Shown one piece after another: positions 52,008 to 64,000 of a stretch of 64,000 bases of DNA. The notes below the pieces were generated by a model. It was not told where the DNA came from and made no database searches. It saw only the letters and a list, made by a program, of their open reading frames with translations. The translations under genes and the position numbers were made by a program. The DNA comes from Octopus bimaculoides. Its lineage: Eukaryota. Location of the stretch: assembly GCF_001194135.2 (NCBI RefSeq), contig NC_068991.1, positions 49,938,526 to 50,002,525 of the forward strand, in the 5' to 3' direction. Every line of letters begins with the position of its first letter. The first letter of the stretch is position 1.

Positions 52008-52255
52008 CAGTGGCACTCAACCATTTTTTGCCCATGGACCCTTTTGATTACTATTTTGTTCTACCAGACTGCCATAGTCATTCAAGGTGTATAAAAACAT
52101 TTTGCTGTATTTTTTATAATTACATATTAGGATTAGTCTTTAAAAAATTTAAATATTTTGTGTTGTAGAAGTATAAGCAATTTATTGCACATAAATATTA
52201 ACAAAATCTTATATTGACTTCTAAAGGCCAAATGAACTCCAGTTGAGAATTACTG
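52008..52255. mobile_element. hAT-type MITE, same family as 10104-10354
   Basis: Ends CAGTGGCACTCAACC / AGTTGAGAATTACTG. Interior is collinear with the 10104 copy. The TSD is degenerate (ATCAAATC/ATCTAATT). Confidence 0.7.
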
Positions 52256-52474
52256 ATCTAATTATTTGTTAAAAAGAAAAGTATTTTTCCATGATTTATT
52301 CATAAGTAGTAGCCTGATCAGCTAGCACTTCAAAATATGATTGAGATTTAGTTTGAATATCTAGTCTATGTCTACAGTAAAAAAAAAATTGCTGGCAGGA
52401 AAGGAATTAGAAACAGAATCCAGCTATACAAAGTGTGATGGTGACATGTCAAAACACCAGAAATGAGCTGTTAC

Positions 52475-52671
52475 TTAACCCTTTCATTACTGTATTTATT
52501 TTGAGATGCTGTGTTTCTCTCAATTATTTTAGATATAGGAATTTAGTAAAATAACAGTTATCATTAAGCTTGTGACTAAGGTTTGGTGGAAGATTTTAAT
52601 TCAAAACTTATGAAAACAAGACATTTGTACTACAGAGCCGGTTTCAGCCAGGTTGGTAACAAAAGAGTTAA
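52475..52671. mobile_element. piggyBac-type MITE (second family)
   Basis: TTAACCCTTTCATTAC ... GTAACAAAAGAGTTAA. Confidence 0.6.
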
Positions 52672-52689
52672 GATAATTTTCTAGACAGA

Positions 52690-52995
52690 TATGGCACTTC
52701 GTCGGTAACAATGACGGAAGTTCCAGCTGATCTGATCAACAAAGCAGCCTGCTCATGAAATTATCATGCAAGTGGCTGAGCACACCACAGACATGCATAC
52801 CCTTGACATAGTTCTCAGGGAGATTCAACGTGGTGCAGAATGTGACAAGGCTTGTCCTTTGAAATACAGGTACTAATCATTTTTGCCAGCTGAGTGGACT
52901 GAAGCAACATGAAATTAAGTGTCTTGCTCAAGGACAAAACACACCACTGGTAATCAAACTCACAACCTTATAAGCATGATCCAAATATTCTAGCC
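52690..52995 (-). mobile_element. SINE with tRNA-like head and family C tail
   Basis: Contains the conserved GTGTCTTGCTCAAGGACA core plus the family C tail. Similar heads occur at 23890-24145(-), 24560-24800(-) and 54700-54960(+). Confidence 0.7.
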
Positions 52996-53402
52996 ATTAA
53001 CCCCACATGCCTTCACTGGACAGATGTAATTTAAAAATAAAACAAAAAAAACTAAGCTTTTGAATCAAATATTATTGTATCAGAATAATTTCTGAGGCAC
53101 ATTACATTAATAGTTGTTCAGTTCCAAGATGAAGTAACTTGAGCAAAAAATTCTTTTAATGTATAACATGTATTTCCCTGAATAAAAGACTTTAGATTCT
53201 TTCTACCTGGAAAATAGGACAACATTCTGAGGTGTTTTGCAAAGTAATACAGAATGAGAAATGGATTTTGTAAATTAAAAATTCAAACACACACATGCAC
53301 CCAATATGCATGGCAACTTGTTATTTTTGCCAACTTTTACAAGACTATTTCACCAAGAAAATATTTAAATAAAAATAACTGAATAATTAGATGTATCTTT
53401 AG

Positions 53403-53495
53403 TGTGATTCACGTACAGTGGACAGAGAAACAGTTTCTGGTACAACAGTTCAGAAATCAATTGAACCATTAACAGAAACAAGAAAAAAAATCTGA
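53403..53495 (+). CDS. Candidate terminal coding exon, phase 0: CDSRTVDRETVSGTTVQKSIEPLTETRKKI*
   Basis: Acceptor TATCTTTAG|, open frame, AATAAA at 53573. Confidence 0.35.
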   Translation, partial: CDSRTVDRETVSGTTVQKSIEPLTETRKKI

Positions 53496-55149
53496 AAGTG
53501 CTTGGTGCTATGCATGGCTGGTGTTAATTTTGTAAGTAGCATTATTTATGATTGTTTCATCTAATATTAATGAATAAAAAAAAAATAAGTACAGTAAAGG
53601 CCTCATAGTTCAAAAGGAGAGGATGAAAAACTATATAGAGGAGCAAAGAAGCCTGTCCTTTTAAATGTGAATAAACAATTTCAAGATAATTTAAGGGGTT
53701 TTATTTCTATTTTCTAAGCATCTGCTTTTCTTGTTACTTGAAAAAATCTCAGCCAAATAATAACCTCGTGTTTTGCAAAATAATTCAACTAGAATTAGAA
53801 AAGGCCTAGAAACAATATCCTCTGTATTCCAGCTGTTCAATTCGCAACAAAAATTAATTAAAATAACAAGGCAGAAGTAATTGTAATAGAAATAATGAAC
53901 TACTAAACAAAAGTTAATTTGCAAACTCAACAGTTGCTTGACAATTTAGACATCAATTAGCATATCAATTAGATGATATGATCAACAGTGTGTAACCCAA
54001 AGAGAAAATTATGGTAATTTTTAACAATAGCTATGTAAGAGCATCTGAAATTTGAATGAATGAAATTAAATGTAAAATATTTTTCCACAAAAAAGAAAAG
54101 ACAAATAGACTATTCAATTACTCACTAAAATAGCATATGTCAATGAAAGTGTACATAAGAATATGAAGCAGATTTGCCTGTGTCAATAGAGCATTAGACC
54201 ACAACTCAATTTACCAAAATGTAAATAGATACCACAAGTAGTTATAGCTCAAAACTATAAAGAGTAGCAACACAGAAAAAGAATGAATCTGTTAAAATAG
54301 ACTTGTAGAAATTGAAGAACACAATATAAAGCTATCACAGAACTTATAATCTTTCAATCCACATTTTCCATGCATTACTTTACTAGATTCAGACAATACA
54401 CATTCATATTATAGATTGTAGTTGATGTCAAGTCATACAAACAGCAACTACCAGTTTTACATCAAACCAATAATGTGTATATCTACACATATACACAAAT
54501 ATATAAGGCACAGGCATGGCTGTATGTACATTAGGAATTTCACTCATAGATGGACACATTTTTTAACAACTTGCTTCATTATCATTATACTTTTTTATGC
54601 TTTTGGGGTCAATGAACTAAATACCAGTTGAGCACGTGGGTTAAAGTAATTGACTTACCTCCTCCCCTAAAATTTCTGGACTTGTACCAAAATCTGAAAT
54701 CATTGTAAATGTTACACTCATGATTGAGAGATCATGGTTTCAATTCCTAGACTGTGTAGTATGTTGTGTTCTTGACCAAAACACTTCATCTCACATTGCT
54801 CTGCGATCACTCTTACATGCGATGCATGGCACACTGTGCATTTGTTCAGACAACATCAATTTGATGGAGGGAGTGAGCTAATGTACAGCACATACATTTG
54901 ATCACTAAAAACAAACCGTTTGTGCCAGTCGTTCAGCAAAAGCTGAACACTCAGGTTATCTTCAATGGGAGAGTCCATCATCATCATTATTATTATTACA
55001 TGTATTTAATACAGCATTCAGAAGCAATCAATTTAGAAAGACTGCTGAATAAAAGCTAGAGGAGGAGGAACCATTCCCACCAAATGAGTGGTCAAAATTT
55101 TAAATCAGCATGAATTTGAATCATTGCAAACTGAACCATCTTAAAATGA

Positions 55150-55620
55150 GGGCACCTTGTGAGTATAATTGTATGTGGTTATTGACAAGGTAGAACCTAA
55201 TAACAAGAGGCCAGATATAGTTTTGGGGTCTGAAAAGGCAATAAAAGTAATCTTGATCAAACTTACAGTCTCATGGGAAAAAGAGTGTGACCAAGGCTTT
55301 GAACAGAAACATGCAAAGTATGAGCCTTCTGCAGGAAGATTCTCAAACTGTAAGACTGCAGAGAGAAGGGATGACAGTCATGGTTTTTCCCCAGTCAAGG
55401 CTAGCTATAGAGGATTCTCTGCTCAGTCAGTAAAGAGGATGCTTACAAACACTGGAATGAGGAAAGAAGCAAAGGGTGGCTGTGCACAGGATGGGAGAGG
55501 CAGCTGAAAAGAGCATTTTGCTGGTTGTGGAGCAAAAGAGAAGAGTTAAGCTGGAAGCCAGGAAGACATGATGAGCAATGATTTGGCCACCTCTGCTGAC
55601 CCACCATTGGGATGGTTCAG
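55150..55620 (+). mobile_element. 3' fragment of an R2-superfamily (HERO/NeSL-like) non-LTR retrotransposon, restriction-like endonuclease domain
   Basis: KRPDIVLGSEKAIKVILIKLTVSWEKECDQGFEQKHAKY...VKASYRGF matches the RPDIV..ELTVPWE..KY..VEVGCRGF signature. It is followed by AEK...CWLWSKRE. Confidence 0.8.
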
Positions 55621-55910
55621 TGTCAAAATACCTAATAATCATAGGATATTGTTTGATGACTTCAGCTCTTCCTGGCTATGGCTCCATTCACCTTGGTGAA
55701 TGGGACCTTTTATGTATTATCTAATATGTGCGTGTACAAATACACATATATGTCATCATCATTTAACGTCTTTTTCATGCTGGCATGGGTTGGACAGTTT
55801 GACAGGAGTTGACCAGGTTGGCTGCTGTACCAGACTCCATTGTCTGTTTCGGTATGGCCTCTACAGCAGGATGCTCTTCCTAATGCCAACAACTTAAAAG
55901 AGTGTACTGG

Positions 55911-56065
55911 GTCCTCTCCATGCGACACCAGCACTAGTCCTCTCCATGCGACTCCAGCACTAGTCCTCTCCATGCGACACCAGCACTAGTCCTCTCCATG
56001 CGACACCAGCACTAGTCCTCTCCATGCGACACCAGCACTAGTCCTCTCCATGCGACACAAGCACT
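55911..56065. repeat. 26-bp minisatellite, 6 copies (GTCCTCTCCATGCGACACCAGCACTA)
   Basis: Units start at 55911, 55937, 55963, 55989, 56015 and 56041, with only 2-3 substitutions in total. Confidence 0.95.
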
Positions 56066-56879
56066 GACAGAGTCACTATGTACTTTGCAGAACAAAATGA
56101 AGCAAAAACCCCTCAACTGGGAGGAGTGAATAGTGTTGAGGTATGGTGGCTTTGTGCCAGTTGAGAGATTAAAGGTATAAAGGGACAGAGATAGGTGTCT
56201 TGCGGTAGATACACAGACACCCCAGATGGAAAGGAGAGGAGAGTGAATTATATTTATTATCATTGTTTTTTGACAACTACTTTTCCATGCTCACAAGGGT
56301 AAATTTTCTACAGCTTGATGCCCTTCTTATCACCAACCCTTACCTGTTCCCAAATTAGGTAATATTTTCCCATGGCCTGACATTTGAATGGAAGATTGGA
56401 AACTATCAACACTGCTTGTATATCAGTGATGCTCGTTCGCAACTATCATGCAATGTCAAATCAAGACGCAAACACACCCACCCACACAATGCATGTGCAC
56501 ACATACATCCCACATGTGCATATTTTTTTCCTGGCTCACTTTTTGTTTTGTGTATCTGCTTTCTTTTCCTCCCAGGTTTGCCTAGACTTTTCTCTGGTGT
56601 CTGAAGAAGAATTACGTCTGACACATAATACTCCATCACTTGAACATCAAACTAATAACCTTGACTGTGAAAGTCTCTTGTACTTTTGTTGTTTTCATTG
56701 TATGATAGGTTTTCAATTTCCATCTACCAAATTCACTCACAAGGTTTTGATCAATCTGGGGCTGTAGTGGAAGATACTTACCCACAGTGTCATGTAGTGG
56801 GACTGAACTGGAAACCATGAGGTTTAGGAAGCAAACTTCTTAACCACACAGAAAGTAGTCTTGTTTGATGTGCAGGAAA

Positions 56880-57360
56880 GGACTAGGTATATTCCATACA
56901 CTGTACTCAGAGTAAACTATGGTCAAACATGAAATATAGTGGACTCATAGGCAGACTCAACAGAGAAGGTAAGCTTGTGTCAGAACTGTAATGCTGCATG
57001 GTAATAAGACATGGACCAAAGACCAGAAATAAATGAAACTAGCATGTTCTAGTGGCAGTTTAATGTTAGCATGCATGAACACCTGAGTACAAATGAGGCG
57101 AGAGAAAAACTGGTCCTAAGAGAAATCAGGTGTAGTGTATAAGAGAGAAGGCTGCACTAATACAGGTATGTGATGTTTATGGAGGATGATTGCTACGTAA
57201 GGAAGTAGAGTACTCCATGTTGGTGGAACTTGTGGAAGAGGAAGGCCAAGGAAGGCTTGGGATGAAGTTGTGAAGGCTGAACATGCTATATCTGATGGAG
57301 AAGATGAAACAAGAGTGTGCTGTCTGATGACATGTGGTGCTACAAAAGACCTGTCCATCC
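56880..57360 (+). mobile_element. RTE LINE 3'-end fragment
   Basis: Similar to 32700-33130 (GAGAAAAACTGG..ATCAGGTGTAGTGT..GGAAGGCCAAGGAAGGCTTGGGATGAAGTTGTGA). Confidence 0.7.
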
Positions 57361-57419
57361 ATAGTTAAATGCTCATTAACTCAAGAGTCATGATTAAGAA
57401 GCTGTAACACACACACTTG

Positions 57420-58020
57420 CTCACTGAAGCCTACCTTACTGTCTCCACTTCGCCTCCATACTTCCCATCTCTGTCAGTCACATCACACTTTCAGATAGGT
57501 AACCCTTATTGCCACTAAACACCTCTTCTTATCCTATCCCCTCTAAGATGCCTTCTGCCCTTCCTTTCCATCACTGCACTCACTCTTCCTCCCACCTATC
57601 CTCTCTCCCCAATGCTTCCCCACCTGGGAAGCACTGCAGCATTTATATTTTGCACTTCTCCTCCTCCTCCCACCTCTAAAGTACCTTGCAGTGACTATTT
57701 GCTCCACTGCTCTCATACACCCACTGCCATTTTCCCACAGCTTCCCCCTTCTCATCGTGGGATGAGAGTATTAGGAGAATATGTTGTAGGGGAAGAGATT
57801 TGACACGGTCAAAGAGTGTGCAGGTAGGTTTATGAGGACATAAGGGAAGGGAATACAATAGGTGATGAGTCCCAATGGGGGTGAAGGGGGAGGCATTGAA
57901 AGATGGTGGGGAGTAAAGACCATCAGAGGATAGACTGTGTGTAGGAGGTGAGAAGCATAGACAAAAAAGACCTGCCTTTATGGCCACAATTGTACTTAGC
58001 AGGGACAGGTCATCTCAAGT
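57420..58020. mobile_element. Penelope-like fragments, apparently in opposite orientations
   Basis: The minus strand of ~57780-58020 resembles the 3' end of the 59040-59300 GIY-YIG region. 57420-57780 is a pyrimidine-rich plus-strand fragment of similar character. Confidence 0.45.
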
Positions 58021-58379
58021 AAAGTAGATCACCAGTTATCCTGGTTGTCATCTCTTTTGTGAGGATATATACAGACACACATCAATATATACATAAGTGT
58101 GCGTGTGTGTGAGAGAGAGTATATATAAATATATATAGTTCAAATTTACAAAAGACAAAGACAAGTGAGGGAACAACAAACAGCTGTATTAGTTTGACAA
58201 AAAGGTCTTTGATGTTTTGAGCCTATACCCTTCAACAGAAAGGGTTGAAAGGATAAAAATGGAGAGAAAATGAAAACATGGAGAGATAAAAAAAAAAATG
58301 TGTAGGGAATTAATGGTTCAAAATGATGAAATGACCAGAAGAAAGAGGATGAGTGAAGGGGAGATAACAGTGACATGAC

Positions 58380-58530
58380 TAAATTAGGGTGTGCAAGAAC
58401 GTGTGTATGAAAGAATGAAGTAGGTGAGTGTGTATGTGTGAATGGGAGCAAGCACGTGTGCGAGCTTAAAATTATGTGAGCATGTGTATAAGTAACCCAA
58501 TGCATGTATTGTGTAGAGTGATGTGCATCA

Positions 58531-58561
<31 letters not shown>

Positions 58562-59000
58562 ATGGGAGTGCATGTGAGGCTGCATATAGTGTATGTGCAA
58601 ACATTTGCATGTAGCAGTTAATGTGTGCTTGTTTGAATGGTGTGTGCACATGTGTGACCCTATACTGTTTGTGTTTATGTGTGAAAGTTGTATGTGTTTA
58701 TGTGTTGTATGCATGTGTATATTGTGTTTCTGCATGCGTGCATATGCATTATGTGTGATCTTAGGAGTGGATACTGTGTTGTGGGTGAATACGTGGAGGT
58801 GCAAGGTGGGATAAGGGTGACGAGAGTTAGGAGTTGGGTGGTATTGGGTGCTAGTGTGTGTGGGGTGGGAAGGTGTGAGAGTGTACATAATGGTGCGAGG
58901 TGTGGGTACAGGGAAGTATTGGGTGCTAGTGTGTGTGTGTGTGTGTGTGTGTGATGTGAGTAGAGTTGAATGGTGTGCATGGGTATTTATTTAGTGGTGT
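58380..59000. repeat. Degenerate (GT)-rich low-complexity tract
   Basis: Decayed TG/TGTA repeats account for the many overlapping His/Thr- or Cys/Val-rich ORFs. Confidence 0.85.
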
Positions 59001-59039
59001 ATGTGTGGTGAGAGTAATGAGTTAAGCAGTGTACAAGTG

Positions 59040-59710
59040 TGGGGTGGAGGGGAAGAGCAGTTAAAGGTGTGAGATGTGTGAGGTTGGTTTTAAATGAAGT
59101 GTGGTGGCGAATTAAGGTCATAAGGAGCAAAGGAAAAAAGAGAGATCAATTCCTGTTCACAGCAGAGGTGGGAGTCCGGGTGGCCTCTGTGGAAAGACGG
59201 TCTGAACACAGACAAATGTTGTAGCAAATGACTGGTTGCACAGAAGTAGTATGAGAGCAGGGAGTCATTGCCTAGTGATGTCTTGGAGGAGGTCAGTGAA
59301 CCGGTCAGCCAAGTGGTATCTTGTTTGACCAACATACAGAAAACGACACAGAGCAACAGATGTCATTGCTAGAGGTGTAGGTAAAGGAGTTAGTGATATG
59401 GCAGGGGCAGTGGTAGGTGCCAATGAGGATAATGATGTTGGTGAGGTAGGGGCAAGAGCAACGGCATGGGTGAGAGCAAGGGAAAGAGCCAGGCATAAGG
59501 AAGAAACTATAGACCAGAAGGTCACGCAAATTACAGCTGCGTTTGAAGGAGAGAAGGGGTGGGTTAGGGTAGATGAGGGAGGTGAAGTTAGAGAAGACGG
59601 AAGGGTCAGACCGGAGTTAATGAAAGGCTTGGATAATGGTATGTTAGAAGGGTGGCAGATGAGGGGAAAAGGGAGGCAGGTAAAAGTGGGGCAGGTGCAG
59701 TGAGAGAGAG
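59040..59710 (-). mobile_element. Penelope-like element remnant (RT tail plus GIY-YIG endonuclease)
   Basis: PPLLSFKRSCNLRDLLV, LYVGQTRYHLADRFTDLLQDI and HLLQHLSVFRPSFHRGHPDSHLCCEQELI. Confidence 0.8.
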
Positions 59711-59769
59711 AGCATCAGCGACCCACACCTACACTCATACAGCTGGGGGGGGGGGTGTACATACGCGCG

Positions 59770-59976
59770 CGAAGGGATGCTGAAAAGTTCCTGGCTTTAG
59801 GTAAAAGAAAATACAGGAGGAGCAGTTTCTGATTTTATTCAACATATTCTCTTCTCAGATTCACACACTTATTGCAGCAGTCCTTCAATTTTTCTAAGCC
59901 CTGTAAAATAGGTTGGGCCTCCAACTAGGCCTTTTGTGATGCCCTTAAAAGCCAGGAACTTTCCAGCATCTCCTCA
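59770..59976. mobile_element. Tc1/mariner-type MITE
   Basis: ~29-bp TIRs GAAGGGATGCTGAAAAGTTCCTGGCTTT / AAAGCCAGGAACTTTCCAGCATCTCCTC, with TA after the right end. Confidence 0.75.
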
Positions 59977-60469
59977 TACACACACATACACACACAACCT
60001 CACCAGCCATGGATCTAAAGTCACTCAAGTCCCTTTCCAAGTCAACCCAAACTGAAAGGCACCACCAGCTTCCTGTTGAGTCCTGAAATACGATTTCACT
60101 TTTAATAATCCCATGCAATTTATCTCAACCAATAGCAGTCCAGTTTACAGTAGCCATCTTGAACTTCCTGCACCTCTCCATTCAGCTGCCAGGGTCAGAC
60201 GAGTTAAGTTTCTGTAAGAAACCTACAAACCTAAGTTGCATGGGACAGAATCAAACTGTTTTAAATAATATTTATATCTGTGTATCTTTTATCTTTCATG
60301 GACCAGCCATCTGAGTTGACAGCAGTATGATAGATAAAGCAATCAAGAATTACTCCATCTGTCATACATAAAAGACAGAAATCCCCTGGTCCATCAGGAA
60401 TTACAACCAAAATATTTAAAATATTTGGCAGTGGGATGTGGCCTTGTCACCTGTACAGTTAATCAGGTT

Positions 60470-61800
60470 GTACTGAAAGGGTACGCTACCCAACAACTGA
60501 TATGGCAGCATTATAGTCAACAGCTACAAAGGTAAAGCAGCTATCTTAGAAGTAATTACAGAAGCATCAAATTGCTGGACCAGGTGAAAGTTACTGAAAG
60601 AATTGTAGTTCAATTAAACTGGAAGAGAATTAACCTCAATGAGATGAAGCTTGGTTTTGTGCCAGAGAGAAGTACTACTGCTGTTCTCTTTCTAGTAAGG
60701 CAAATACAGAAATATTTAGCCAAAAATAATAAACTGTTGTACTTGGCATTCATCAACCTAAACAAAGCCTTCAACAGGATCACTCACTCCCTGATTTAGT
60801 GATCACTGCAGAAGCTAGGAATAGACAAATGGCTGGAGTGAGCCATTCAGCCATAAACAAAATGCCATCAATAAGGTGAGAATTAGTAGTAAGTCTAGCA
60901 ATGAATTCAATATTGTTCCCCATGCTATAACAGAGGAGTTTCAGATTAATTGCCTATTGAAACTACTCTATGATGAAGACTGTTCCTAAACCTGAATCTG
61001 TAGTATAATCAGGAAAGAAATTCCAAGCATGGAAACCAAACCTGGAATCAAAGACGTTATAGTTAACTCAGCAAAGATCAAAGTTCTTGTAAGCAGGAAA
61101 ATTGACAGGCTGCTACTCCCTTCAAGAAAATGGCCTTGTTCAATATGTATAGAAGTCAGAGGTGGAAATTCCATATAATGTAGACAGTATAAGCTTTGGG
61201 CATATAAGAGGTGCAATTGAATCACAGGAAGGTTAACAGAGAACAGACTTTGTAGCAGATGCATCAGAGCAATATTAAGAACACATGGGAAATAGAGTTT
61301 CTTTTTAATGCCTAAAAGAATCCTGGTAATAGAAACTATCTACAGATAGTTTTGGTTATCAAGGTGATCTAATTAGCAGTGAAGGATGTTCTCAACATAT
61401 AATTACTTAAAAAGAACCAGCTGGAGAAAGCTCAGGAAGCTGTTACCTCTGTTGGTAATAAAAGTGTTCTCTCTAGGAGTGAAAGACATATTGTACGAGG
61501 CAGTGTATGAACAGCAATGTTACATATTAGGGAGACATAGGCCATGAGTACAGAAGACTAGACATCTAGACATACAAAGACTAGACAGAAGCTAGCATGC
61601 TACATTAGATGTGCAAAATCAGTGTGCATGTATGACAAGGTGTAAGTGTGTTGAGAGAAAAACTAGGCATAAGAGGTATCAGATGTGGTGTGCAAGAGAC
61701 AACTGTGCTGGTATGGCCATGTGATGTATATTGTGAAAACAGACCGTGGATGTTGAGCCTGATGGAGGAGATGTCAATTTGACAATTTGCTGTGCTCAAG
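60470..61800 (+). mobile_element. Degenerate RTE-clade LINE reverse-transcriptase fragment
   Basis: GFVPERSTTAVLFLVRQIQKYLAKNNKLLYLAFINLNKAFNRI. Downstream sequence parallels the 32090-33000 copy. Confidence 0.85.
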
Positions 61801-63379
61801 ATCATCCTTCTTGCCAAACTGAAGCTCTAAAAAGATTGTTTATATGTAATTGTATAGTAAGTATATAAACAGAACAAATTTAGTTGTTCCTCTGTAGACA
61901 GAAAACAAAAAACCTTAATTTTCAAACCTTGCTGAGTTTATCAGGTGTCTACATGAATTTTACCAATACCAGAGAAACAAGCAACCAATCTGTTTACATA
62001 ACTTACAGTAGCTACAAAGAATTGGACCTCAGTGTTTTACTTATTATCAGGGGCCTACCAACAGAGATCTCAGTGCACACAGTTTGAAGGCATGATATAT
62101 GTAACCTATGTGGTAGGAATTTAAACAGGGCAAATTTAGCTATTTCTCCATAGACTGAAAAGTGAGGAACAACCTTAATCGCTTTTTTACTTGGCACCTT
62201 ACTAGGGTCTCATCAGATGCATCTACATCAATTTGACTAACCCCAGAGAAAGAAGAAACCAATCTGTTTATGACAACACCACCTCTGCACCTAATCTGTC
62301 CCTGTCAAGCCTTCCCTAAATCTCATCCCCCTGACACCTATCCTACCATCACGTTTCTAACTACAGTACTATTCATTAAACTGCTCTAATTCTCAGAGCA
62401 GAACTGCACATATTTCATACCCTTTTGAGCTACTAGTATATCTTTCTCCTTGGAATTGCTTTCTTTTGTCACCAATCACACAGCTTCAGTATCATCCTTT
62501 CTTACTTTATTTTTCACAACCTTTTCCCATTAGCTACATCATATGACCGCTGTCTCATATTTAAACACCTCACATTTTCCAGTAGCTGCAATCATTCTCA
62601 AAACCCTCTCATATCTACCATCAGTGACCACCCCACACCTTTGTTTGGCACTATATCAATCATTTTCAATATCTAACCTCCATCTCTATCACTGCACCTC
62701 CCTCTCTCCCTATTTTTCATCTATTGCTTACTATACTGCAGCTCTCCTCCACCCCCATTTTTCTACTGCTACATCCTCCTCCCTGGTCTACTATTTCTTT
62801 CACCTTACCCTAAAACTGAGATTCGCCATTGACCACACCTCTCCCTTTCTGTTCACCATTCACTGAGTTCTCCAGTCCCTCCCCTCATAATCATCTGTAA
62901 CTTTCCTTTTGCACTAACAAACTTAAACACCTACCCTTTCCCGATACTCTGTCCCTATTTCCTTATATTCACACTTTTATACCTTGAGGGTATGCCCTAA
63001 CACCTTGTCTCTACCATCTTATTCTCTCTTGCAGTAACTACATATTTCCTCCACAGCAAGAGACTATCTCCTGTCCCCTCTATCATACTTTAGCGTCTCA
63101 ACACTTAGTGAAAGTGGAGAAGGAGGTGATATAAAACCACCTCCTCCTCCACTCGGTAGAAGGGGACTTGTTTTATGAGTTACTTGGTGACCTCACTCCT
63201 GCCACAAAAAAGCACCCAATACAATCTGTAAAGAAGTTGGCATTAGTAAGAGCATCCAGACTTAGAAACCAGGCCAAGCAGACATTGATACTTGATGCAG
63301 TCCTCTGGTACATCAGATCGTGTCAAACCATTCAACCCATGGCAGAATGGAAAAAGGACATTATATGAATGTATGTATA

Positions 63380-63730
63380 AGCATAGCTGCATGGTAAGAA
63401 GTTTGCTTCCCAACCACGTGGTTCCAGGTACTGTCCTACTGCGTGGCATCTTGGGCAAGTGTCTTCTGCTATAGCCTTGAGCTGACCAAAGCCTTGTGAC
63501 AGAAGCCTGTTGTATATATGTGTGTTTGTGTGTGTGTGTGTTCCCCCCCACCATTGCTTGACAACCGATCTTGGTGTGTTTACATCCCCGTAACTTAGCA
63601 GCTTGGGAAAAGAACCAACAGAATAAATACTAGGTTTGCAAAGAATAAGTCCCGGGGTCAAATTGTCCGACTAAAGGTGGTGCTCCAGCATGGCCAAAGT
63701 CAAATGACTGAAACAAGTAAAAGAATAAAT
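63380..63730 (+). mobile_element. tRNA-derived SINE, family A
   Basis: Collinear with 38896-39348. Confidence 0.85.
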
Positions 63731-64000
63731 AAATATACATACTCACACAAGCTTCCATACTGCTTCTGTTGACCAAATTTCACTCAAAGAATCATCTCAA
63801 CACTATTGTAAAAGACATTTTCCCAAAATACTATGTAGTGGCACCAAACCAAGAACTTGGTTACAGAGCAAACTGTTTACCCACACAATCACACCTGTAC
63901 CTATGTTATGGATAAGTATTTTGGAAACCCCACAGCTATTATACCATTCTCTAAGATTGCTTTCGAGTCTAGTCACATTAGCTTTTCCTTTAATGAAAAT

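Noticed and set aside
55911-56065. CRISPR-like regular repeats
   Set aside because: Head-to-tail units with no unique spacers, no cas genes, and a eukaryotic context.
58146-58980. Longest ORFs in the track (167, 138 and 101 aa; also 46029-46523 and 44632-45063)
   Set aside because: They arise from stop-poor CA/GT low-complexity sequence or LINE/LTR relics, not real proteins.
62170-62225. Minus-strand CTGATGA followed by a short stem (GACC-CTAGTAA-GGT), possible hammerhead ribozyme
   Set aside because: The required GAAA after stem II is absent and stems I/III cannot be formed convincingly.

Overview
AT-rich, repeat-dense eukaryotic DNA with five N-gaps. The SINE families, long (TA)/(CA)/(GA) microsatellites and RTE/Penelope relics match what I know of octopod cephalopod (Octopus) genomes; the species call is an inference. 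None of the ORFs in the supplied track is an intact recognisable gene: they are microsatellite read-throughs, retroelement fragments or chance frames. The window is mostly intronic or intergenic. It holds many tRNA-derived SINEs, decayed RTE, HERO/R2-like and Penelope-like retroelements, a Helitron remnant, and hAT-, piggyBac- and mariner-type MITEs. Several isolated candidate exons can be picked out from splice signals, but I cannot assign them to a known gene. The most notable structures are: (1) a complete non-coding LTR retroelement with TRIM-like geometry, a tRNA-Trp primer site, a 4-bp target-site duplication and very unequal LTRs (43555-44954); (2) a ~96% identical 138-bp inverted copy of part of its LTR about 3.2 kb away, which may supply an exon; (3) a ~415-bp near-perfect foldback hairpin (6865-7279). 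There is no CRISPR array, rRNA, intact tRNA or prokaryotic-type system. Repeat boundaries are approximate unless TIRs or TSDs are quoted.
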